From a virus (taxonomy: Duplodnaviria; Caudoviricetes), in IMG/VR virus record IMGVR_UViG_3300046115_000130, positions 1-46,947 of that record: DNA of 46,947 bases; one strand, given 5' to 3'. The notes under the pieces were generated by a model, which had not been told where the DNA came from, ran no database searches, and was given only the letters and a program-made list of their open reading frames with translations. The translations under genes were made by a program, and so were the position numbers. This document shows, one piece after another, positions 7,687 through 15,700 of this stretch. Each line of letters opens with the position of its first letter. The first letter of the stretch is position 1.

Positions 7687-10600
7687 ATGTTCTCCCGCGT
7701 CCGCGATGTCTTCGCTTCGCAGTTCCGTCCGACCATGGAACGCTTGGAAGTGGAAGTTCTGCAGGAGCGCGATGACGGGTGGTGCAGCATCAAATGCCCA
7801 CTCTGCACTGACAAATCAGGCAGCGCTGGAATCCATAGTCGAACAGGTTTCCTGAAGTGTCATCAATGCGGATTCGCTGGAGAGCTATTCAATTGGCTAC
7901 AGAGGAAGAAGAACCTAGGAACGCCGTGGGAAGCGTGCATGTTCCTTGTGGAGTTCTATTCACTTGAGAAGCCAAATGTAAAGGATGGGAAAAGAGAAGA
8001 GAAAAACCTGTCAGATGAGATGGTTGATGAGTTCGAAGTCAACCTGTGGGGTTCAAAAAACTTCTATGTCGGAGAACTTGCCGCTCGCGGATTTGGCCCA
8101 GAAGAGCTTTCTCAATTTCGCATTGGAAGAACTAAAAACGGGCTTATTTTCCCTTGCTGGAACGCTGCCGGAGTGCTGCTTCCGCGCGCTCATATCTGGC
8201 GCGGACCTAAAGTGGAACCTCGCTGGCAGTGGTGGCCTATAGCGTCCAAGGATTCACCAACTGGAAGTCCGATTTGTTTGTGGCCAGCATGGATTCCGCC
8301 AGAGAGCAATCAGGAACTTTGGCTCATGGAGGGAGAGTGGGACTGCTTGGTCGCTCGAACCAAATTCGGACTAGCGGCCTACACCTGGACTGGAGGAGCC
8401 GGGTCCCCGCTGATAGCCGATCGACTCCCTGGGTGGTTCGCTGACCGGAAGGTGCAGATCGTCTATGACCTTGATGTCTACCACGGAAAAGACAGCCTGG
8501 ACGAGAAGAACAAGAACCAACAGAACTTGTTCAACAAAGTCATCCCAGCGCTGATTGACAGGAAGTGCGAAGTATTCGTTCGCTGGGTTCCACTAGATCC
8601 AGCGAAGCACCCAAAAGGGGACTTCCGAGATTGGTGGAGCAATGGCGGCAGAGATTTAACGGAACTAAAGGTTGAGAGCAATGAACTACTGCAAACCAGA
8701 GAAGCCAAGAAAAGATTCCACCACGAAGCCACCGTATCTTCTCTTGGAAACTGTGTTGGAAAAGCTGTCAGATTCGTCGCTTCGGTCGCTGGTGTCCAAT
8801 TTGACACGCGCATTGTCTACGACAAATTGTCCATTCGATGTGATATCGGTAATCACAGAGCCTGCGACACATGCAGGCTTTCACGAGATCATGGTGACGG
8901 TCAGATTAATCTCAAGGACTCGCCAGGACTCACAGCCAGATTGTTCCTTGCCGGAGATATCTACAAATCCGTCAAGCAGTGGCTCCACCCAGGCCCAGGC
9001 TGTCCCGGTTTTGAGATACAAGAACTGGAAGAACAGAGTCCGGCACAGCCAAGATGGCTCTGGACTGCAGGACCGCCCACCGACTCAGATGACCCCTACG
9101 TTGAAGTGACGGTGCTGTCTCCCACCCAGCCGGCCGCAGCGAAGGACCACTTGGTGGAGGGCTGGGTGGCGCCTGAGTTGACGGAAGCGCGCCCGATCGT
9201 GGAAGCCACCAAGGTTGTGCCTGCGGAAAGGATGCCGTTCAACATCAGCCCGTTCGTCGATTCGCTGCGATCCATCACTCCCTGGAACGCGGAGCGGCCG
9301 GAAGACGTGCTTGGTTACCTGGACGCTCGCGAAGCACAGATTGCTGAGCACTCCACGGAAATCGTGGGGATGCCATGGGCTCGTGCAATCGAGATCGCTG
9401 CGCATTCCGCGCTGATGATGCCACGAGCAAGCGGGCGAACAGAGCGCGGCTGGGTGGATTGCTGTTTGGTGGGATACACTAGAACTGGAAAAACAACAAC
9501 GGCGCGAAGGTTGCTGGAACTGTATGGGCTCGGTAGGTATGCTTCGGCTCAAAGTTCAGTATCTAAGGCGGGAATTACTGTCACTTTGGAGCGAACTGGA
9601 GTCGGAAGCTCTGGCGGATGGCGCGCTAAGCCAGGACTCTTTCCCCGCCTTGATGGCCAGCTACTTATCCTTGATGAACTCCATGGCCTCGTCGATACAC
9701 ACAATAAGACGAATCAAGTCATGCAGGAGCTACAAAGCGCCCGTGACATCGGAACTCTTGAAGTTGTGAAGGCTGTCAACATCAAGTATCAGGCGCGCGT
9801 TCGATTCGTGACGATGGCGAATCCCCCACAGAAACTAGGGTTTGCTCACTACGCATACCCGTGCGAAGTCATCAAGGATCTCTACATAACCGACGAATCC
9901 ATCGCGCGCACAGACTTCATGTGCGTGGGAATGGCTATGTCAACGTCTCCTATGTTGGCGACGAAGAAGACACAGAATCAATGGACACATCCGCTAGCGA
10001 ACGCTCTGGTGCGAAGGGCTTGGGACATGCCACCCGAACGCATCCACATCCACCCAGAGGCGGAAACCAAGGCGGAAGAAATCGTGGAAACGTGGGCCAC
10101 CGCCTACAGCCAGGATCTTCCGCTATTCACGGTGGCGGAGAAGGCGCGAAGCGTCCTTCGCATCGGGATTGCCGTGGCGAACCTGTGCTTCAGCCACGAC
10201 GTGGACCCAAACCAGTGCGTGGTTCGGCAGTGCCACGTGGAGGTTGCCAAGGCGTTCCTGGAGGAGACGTGGGCGCAGTCGGGCTATGATTCCTGGAGCG
10301 CCAACAGGATCAAGAAGGCGCCGCCACAGCCTCTCATCATTGAACGGATGTTGTGGCACGCAATCGAGCGCTCAGAAGACGTGAACAAGTTCGAGCACCT
10401 TGCGGGCGAATGTGGTCGAAACATCTACGCTGAAATTGTCGGCTTGACAAACGACATGAACAGTATCAGGGTGGAGACATGGATAAGCAGGATGATCGGT
10501 GCGAAAGGTCTGCAGGTTTCCCGCCCTGGGCTCTATGTCCTCACGGACATCGGAAGGGCCACTGTGAGCGCTGTCGCCTTGTTCATCAAGAACTCGCCAG

Positions 10601-10695
10601 ATACCTGGAAGGGTCGAATCCTGGCCCTAGACGCCTGGTTCGGTCGGACGATTCCTGGGGCCCCAGAGCCACAGTCGCTACTTGCGTTGTGCTAG
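7687..10695 (+). CDS. DnaG-type primase (Zn finger + TOPRIM) fused to MCM-family AAA+ helicase
   Basis: CPLC...CHQC; EGEWD, YDLD, KGDFRDW; MCM motifs LVGYTRTGKT, SKAGIT, WRAKPG...LILDEL, ARVRFVTMANP, IARTD; GGAGGAG RBS before ATG 7687. Confidence 0.9.
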   Translation: MFSRVRDVFASQFRPTMERLEVEVLQERDDGWCSIKCPLCTDKSGSAGIHSRTGFLKCHQCGFAGELFNWLQRKKNLGTPWEACMFLVEFYSLEKPNVKDGKREEKNLSDEMVDEFEVNLWGSKNFYVGELAARGFGPEELSQFRIGRTKNGLIFPCWNAAGVLLPRAHIWRGPKVEPRWQWWPIASKDSPTGSPICLWPAWIPPESNQELWLMEGEWDCLVARTKFGLAAYTWTGGAGSPLIADRLPGWFADRKVQIVYDLDVYHGKDSLDEKNKNQQNLFNKVIPALIDRKCEVFVRWVPLDPAKHPKGDFRDWWSNGGRDLTELKVESNELLQTREAKKRFHHEATVSSLGNCVGKAVRFVASVAGVQFDTRIVYDKLSIRCDIGNHRACDTCRLSRDHGDGQINLKDSPGLTARLFLAGDIYKSVKQWLHPGPGCPGFEIQELEEQSPAQPRWLWTAGPPTDSDDPYVEVTVLSPTQPAAAKDHLVEGWVAPELTEARPIVEATKVVPAERMPFNISPFVDSLRSITPWNAERPEDVLGYLDAREAQIAEHSTEIVGMPWARAIEIAAHSALMMPRASGRTERGWVDCCLVGYTRTGKTTTARRLLELYGLGRYASAQSSVSKAGITVTLERTGVGSSGGWRAKPGLFPRLDGQLLILDELHGLVDTHNKTNQVMQELQSARDIGTLEVVKAVNIKYQARVRFVTMANPPQKLGFAHYAYPCEVIKDLYITDESIARTDFMCVGMAMSTSPMLATKKTQNQWTHPLANALVRRAWDMPPERIHIHPEAETKAEEIVETWATAYSQDLPLFTVAEKARSVLRIGIAVANLCFSHDVDPNQCVVRQCHVEVAKAFLEETWAQSGYDSWSANRIKKAPPQPLIIERMLWHAIERSEDVNKFEHLAGECGRNIYAEIVGLTNDMNSIRVETWISRMIGAKGLQVSRPGLYVLTDIGRATVSAVALFIKNSPDTWKGRILALDAWFGRTIPGAPEPQSLLALC

Positions 10696-10756
10696 CAGCG
10701 GCGGCTGGGTGGTGGATTCTCGTCATCGTTTACGACATCTTCATGCTGGCAATCAA

Positions 10757-10939
10757 ATGAAAACATTCCTTCTCATCCTTCTTATCTGCCAGGACCGGAT
10801 GCAGCTTCTTGAAGCTGCGGCTCGCGGCAAATTTCAGGCGCAGGACGCGCAACGTTCCTGGCTCCTGAATCTCATCGACCATGGCAACGCACATCAGGTG
10901 GATGTGCTGCGCAGCGGAGTGGGACCGCTCCTGCGTTGA
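10757..10939 (+). CDS. Small hypothetical protein with hydrophobic N-terminus
   Basis: MKTFLLILLIC; overlaps the next start. Confidence 0.5.
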   Translation: MKTFLLILLICQDRMQLLEAAARGKFQAQDAQRSWLLNLIDHGNAHQVDVLRSGVGPLLR

Positions 10940-11220
10940 AGTGCGTCTGCGGCCATCTAGACTGGAACCACTGGTGGATGCAGTGGAAATGCGAAGAACA
11001 AGGATGCGAGTGTGCTGAGTTCGTAGATAAAAAATCCTTCGAAAATGCGGTATTCGAAGGATTGGAAAACGAGATTAAAGGAAGGAAGAAAGAACTTGAA
11101 CGCTTCATCAAGAACTCAATAGCCAATCCTCATGTTCACCAATATGCAACCATGTATCCAAGCATGAGGCTTAAATGTGTTGACTGTGGATGCTATCTAG
11201 ATGAAATCAACACAAATTAG
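10936..11220 (+). CDS. Cys/His-rich hypothetical protein
   Basis: CxCGH...H...C...CxC and CxxC motifs. Confidence 0.65.
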   Translation: MKCVCGHLDWNHWWMQWKCEEQGCECAEFVDKKSFENAVFEGLENEIKGRKKELERFIKNSIANPHVHQYATMYPSMRLKCVDCGCYLDEINTN

Positions 11221-11515
11221 CCAGTGGACATCTATAGTCAATCCACTCCTGACAGCGTTTGATCGGAAGTGGTTCGACAGGGTTCCAACGTTCTGGGAGT
11301 CTTGCTACGAACTGTTCCGGAAAGAATACAATCGACTTTCAGAACTGGAGCAGGAAGCTTGGAAATCCTACCAAGATGGCAACTCGATGATGATTGTCCG
11401 CGTTAAGGTGAACGCTTACTTCGATCTACTCAACAAGCTTGCGGAGAAAACACATGAAGCCCGGCGGGAAACTGGAAGCACTGGTGTCCAAGACAGCAAC
11501 TCACCTAGCGCGTGA
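11201..11515 (+). CDS. Hypothetical protein
   Basis: ORF in operon context. Confidence 0.6.
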   Translation: MKSTQISQWTSIVNPLLTAFDRKWFDRVPTFWESCYELFRKEYNRLSELEQEAWKSYQDGNSMMIVRVKVNAYFDLLNKLAEKTHEARRETGSTGVQDSNSPSA

Positions 11516-11939
11516 AGGAATCGCGCGCATCTGGAAGTGGCCAGAGCCTGTGTTCCTCCAGAAGCGGCTGATCCACTGCCCAACCTGTGGCACCCAGCAA
11601 GAAGTTCTGGAGGGCTCCCACTCCGCGAAGACCGGCTTCGACTTCTTCGGCTACACGTCGTCGGGCAGGGTGGTAGCCATCGAATGCAAGGAGGGCTACC
11701 AGAAGCCAACAATCCGGATTCCTGAGCACCAAGCTATGGCGCTCAAGGAGGTATTGCGGGTCGGCGGCTTTGCTTTTCTCATCTGGTCCAAGGGCACCGA
11801 AGAGAAGCTTTTCTTCGCCAACCAGCTTGAACCTGCTCGCTGGGTGGAAGGCCAGTCGCTCACGCGCAAGGACTGGATCCTGGAGCTTGCGTTCCTGTTC
11901 ACTCCCGCGACGGATTCGAAACTGACGCCTTCGGCGTGA
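11454..11939 (+). CDS. recU: RecU-like Holliday junction resolvase (PD-(D/E)xK)
   Basis: KTGFDFFG...VAIECKE...IPEHQ...L...GGFAF pattern; CPTC insertion. Confidence 0.8.
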   Translation: MKPGGKLEALVSKTATHLAREGIARIWKWPEPVFLQKRLIHCPTCGTQQEVLEGSHSAKTGFDFFGYTSSGRVVAIECKEGYQKPTIRIPEHQAMALKEVLRVGGFAFLIWSKGTEEKLFFANQLEPARWVEGQSLTRKDWILELAFLFTPATDSKLTPSA

Positions 11940-12183
11940 CGTAGGTTTCCATCACCACTTGGAAGAGCGGAATCCCGCTCTCCAGCGCGAGTTGCTGCGC
12001 AGTTACTCCAGACTCGTAGGCTGCCTTGTTCCTGGCCAGGATGCGCTGCACGGCAGGGATCCCACTGTCGCGGATCTCCCGGAAGTCTGCCGCGTTGTCT
12101 GCCATCCTCGTGGGATCTGGGGTAACTCCAGCGCAGGAAGCGAAGAGAAAAATCGTAAGAAACGCCAAGATTGTTCTTGCCAT
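11899..12183 (-). CDS. Predicted lipoprotein (94 aa)
   Basis: MARTILAFLTIFLFAS-C lipobox. Confidence 0.7.
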   Translation of the reverse strand: MARTILAFLTIFLFASCAGVTPDPTRMADNAADFREIRDSGIPAVQRILARNKAAYESGVTAQQLALESGIPLFQVVMETYVTPKASVSNPSRE

Positions 12184-12214
12184 AGTGGTTCCAGGGTAGC
12201 AGACTTCCTCCACT

Positions 12215-12520
12215 ATGGCTAGCAAGAACAAGAGTGGCGGACCCAAGAGGGCTCGCCGGTCCCCTCAGGAAGTGATCGCGGAATACGAGCGCCGGCTCAA
12301 CCGGGCGAAGGCCCGCATGGAGCACAGGGAACTGCTCGGTTCTCCCACGATGAAGGCGCTTGGCGTCGCTCGAAGCTCCGTGCGCCGGCTCATCAACGTG
12401 GACGATCCGGATGATGTCATCACTGGGGAGATCCGCAAGGCTGCCGCGGCGGTCCTGGCACTCATGGACGAACTCGCCCTGAAGTTCGGTGGCCACATCC
12501 GCAAGGAGAAGGCTGCCTGA
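12215..12520 (+). CDS. Basic helical hypothetical protein, possibly nucleic-acid binding
   Basis: K/R-rich N-terminus RARRSPQEVIAEYERRL; GC-rich third codon positions. Confidence 0.75.
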   Translation: MASKNKSGGPKRARRSPQEVIAEYERRLNRAKARMEHRELLGSPTMKALGVARSSVRRLINVDDPDDVITGEIRKAAAAVLALMDELALKFGGHIRKEKAA

Positions 12521-12595
12521 TCGAATCAAGATGCCCCGTCGGCGCTGCAGCGCCTGAACATCTCACGGCGGAAAGTGGGGCTCTCCGACCCGTGC

Positions 12596-12680
12596 CTGAT
12601 CCTGGCAGAGTTGAGGAGGGACGGCTACCTTTCAAATCCAGGACCCCCGTGACAGGCCGGAGAGACGGCCGCTGAATCAG
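12596..12680 (+). ncRNA. C4 antisense RNA-like structured RNA
   Basis: GTGACAG-GCC-GGAGAGAC-GGC (12649-12669) matches the hallmark I recall for C4-family RNAs; flanking stems TCCTGG/CCAGGA and CTGAT/ATCAG; intergenic. Confidence 0.5.
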
Positions 12681-12688
12681 TTGTGCTG

Positions 12689-12766
12689 GTAGGCTAGCTT
12701 TCGATCACTCTTCTCTTTGTGTGCTGCTGAGAAGGGAGTCGGCGACAAGGCTAGCCTACTTTTCTT
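12689..12766. terminator. Long hairpin at the convergence of rightward and late transcription
   Basis: GTAGGCTAGC (12689-12698) / GCTAGCCTAC (12750-12759), inner stem, followed by TTTTCTT. Confidence 0.6.
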
Positions 12767-15700
12767 CCTCAACCTCTTCGAGCAATCCCATTTCCCTGAG
12801 CGCTGCGATCTTCTGCTGATCGTTCAGCGAGTGGAAGCGAGCGGACACCGATCCAGGCATCTTGTTCCAAATGTCACGACGCCACTTGTTTTGCAGCGCA
12901 TTCCAGAATCGGTTCGCAAGATGAAGCTTCGTGTATCCGAGTGGTGCGAGATCGTCTGCCTGATCGTTCCATACATCTTCGATAAGGCTTCTAGCCTTAT
13001 CCCAATTGCCAGATTTGATCGCATTGTCTATCTTCCGAAGATTGAGCTTAACTTCCAGATTAAGCTGAGCCTCGTGTCTCTGCTGTCTTCCCGCGTAGAA
13101 CTCAAAGACGCGCTTGTCTGCTGGCACACCTTCCGTAAGTTCTACGAACTTTCCAAACGGCATGAAGTCAGTGACCTTCTGAGCGATGCTTCTGCGATCG
13201 TCAAAGAGCCTTGTCACGTCTGCGATCGGCCGAGCAGCGGTGAGAGCCTTCTCGGCCTGGGTGCCGGCTAGCTCGCCCGGCATCACGAACTTGGAGCGGA
13301 AGCCCATCCACCCGCCGGCAGCCCGGAACCACGGCGCCATCCAGTCCTGGGCGAACTTGCCGCCCGTGAGCGCGGACTCCTCCATCCCGCCCGTCGCAAG
13401 GTCGCGCCACAGGATGTCCGCGTCCCCGTGCCCCCACAGGTAGTCGCCAAGCTTGCTGCCGGCGCCACCCAGCCCGAAGAATCTGGCCGTCATGTCCGTT
13501 GGCATTTCCCATGAAACCATCATCGGGTTGCCCTCGGAATCTCTGACCCACGGAAGCCAGAAGTGTGGCGTCTGCGCTCCTCGGTGGCCAAGCTGGATGA
13601 ACTTGCTTTCCTCGTCTTCCGCCATCATGTAGTTCCAGGCCATCAGCGCAGCCTGGATCGTCCCATACTTCGCTGCCATGGAGCCTGGACGACGCAAGCC
13701 TTCTGCTACGGTAGATGTTACCTGATGGCGGATCCAAGTGTAGAACGGGAACGCAAGCGTATTCAGAACGTTCGCTTCGAGCGGAGTGTTGTGGTTGTAG
13801 TTGACGAGGATTCGACCTGTCTCCAGGTGCGCAGCGCGAGCCGCTGATTCCGCATCGATGCCTTCACGGATGAGCTTGCTTCGCTCTGCAAGCCACACGG
13901 CAGCGCGGAAGATGTTTTCGCTGTAGGTGTCTACGGTTCGCACCCACTTGTAGTCGCCCTGGTAGTGCTTCTTGAGATTCCACCAGTTGTCCCAGTCGCC
14001 GTAGATCTTCTTGAAGACTGGGTGGTCCTTGACTGCGCCACCCGGCCCGAGCGCTTCGAACGTTTCTCCACCAGAGATGGTTCCGTGAATCTGCATCTCT
14101 TGCTTGAGGCTTTGCTCTGTTGGAGTAAGGTTCTTCTTTCCCCACTCAGGATCCGTTAATGATCTGATTATCCTGTGAGACTCTGGAAGCTTCCTGTGGA
14201 TAGCGATTGCTTCCCTGATTGTCTTCTTGAAGAGGATCGCTCCTTCATCGGAGATGAGATTACGGCCCTGGCGCGGGATGGTCTTGAGGCCCAGGATTCC
14301 GCGGAGCGCAGGAGCCTTGAACCACTGGCCCACCTGCCTGCGGATCGCGTTCAGTGTTGGGGAGTTGATGAGGCTTTTCTTGGGTGCGCGAATGTCGCTC
14401 CAAAGTTCGGCCACTTCCTTTGGAACCAGATAGACCTGTTTTTCCGCGTTTGGCTTGATGTTTCTTCCAACTTCGAGAATGTCCGGCATAGACATCTCGC
14501 CGCGGTCAGAGAACTCACGATAGATCGTCTGCGCGACTGGATCCTGCGCAAGATTGCGACGACCAAGATCGCCAACGCGAGAATCGTAAACAACCATGCC
14601 TTTATCATGGAGATCTTGCCTCGCTTGCTTCCACTCCTCTGGCTTCATGTCTGCCCAGTCAGTTCGGATGCCTGCGTCGTCGAGAGCATCCATCATCCGC
14701 TTGTGAACTGCTTCACCGTTGCGAACGATGAAGTCATGTACAGCGTTGTCCTTCTGCACCTGCGTCAAGTAGGCAACCACCGCTTCAGGATCCGTGTCGA
14801 TCATCCTCTCGCTTCCCTTGCGAGCCTTCATGTAGCCACGGAACGCTTCACGAAGCTTGCCAACCGTTCTTCCTGGAGTGAAGGAAGAGAACGCATCGAA
14901 GAAGTCTGCCACCCGGTGGGGCATGTAGTCAGGCTTCAGGTGCTCACGGGAGATGACTCCACGAGCCACCAGTTGCTCCCCGGCTTGGTCGAGCAGGGCG
15001 CGCACGTTCGCTGCGGCCTGCAGGACTTCCTGGGTGGGCCGGAGCGCGTCCAGGCGGGCCTTGACTTCCCCGGGCTCGATCCCCAGGGGCAGCGTCTCCC
15101 CACGTTCCGCGGACGCTGCAAAGTCCTTCAGGTAAAGGAGTTCCATCAAATCGTCCGCAGATCGCTTGCGGAGGGCCTGTGCGGCTCCTGGGTCCTTTGA
15201 CCCCTCCGCGATCGATCCTAGGGGCGCCAGCGCATCGAAAAATCTCCCACCTGCCGTCCGCTCTGCGTTTCCGACTTCCACCCCCAGCCGGTCCACTTCG
15301 GCCACGAAGCGGTCCTCGAACTCGCCCAGCTGCCGGAATCGAGCCCGGTAGCCCAGCTTCTCGATCGCCTCTGCCGCACCCAGCCGGCCCGCCCGCACGT
15401 CCGCCATGAGGCTGCGCCGGCCGTGGAACACGTCCTTGATGTAGGCGCGGGTCGCCTGCATCCCCGAGCGCAGGGCGCCCAGGACACCACCGCCGGGCTG
15501 GGTGGTGCGGTCGCGGTGGAAGAGGGCCTGCAGCTTGCTCGGACCGGGCTGCGGCAGCTTGCCCTTGAGCGGTGACTCCCTGGGCACGCCAGGGGCGCGG
15601 GCCTCGCTGGGTGGATGGGGAAGCTCGGGCTCGGCGTGGTAGGTGCCTTCCTTGGCGCCAACCAGTTCCGGCCTGGGCACCCCCAGTTCCTCGCTCGCGC

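Noticed and set aside
11696-12529. 277-aa minus-strand ORF
   Set aside because: Overlaps three better-supported genes; no recognisable motifs
12610-12773. 12-bp pairing between the C4-like loop and 12762-12773
   Set aside because: Partner lies beyond the terminator stem and is explained by the EVEEEK codons of the giant gene
14175-15200. 341-aa plus-strand ORF and similar antisense ORFs in the late region
   Set aside because: Antisense shadows of long GC-rich genes
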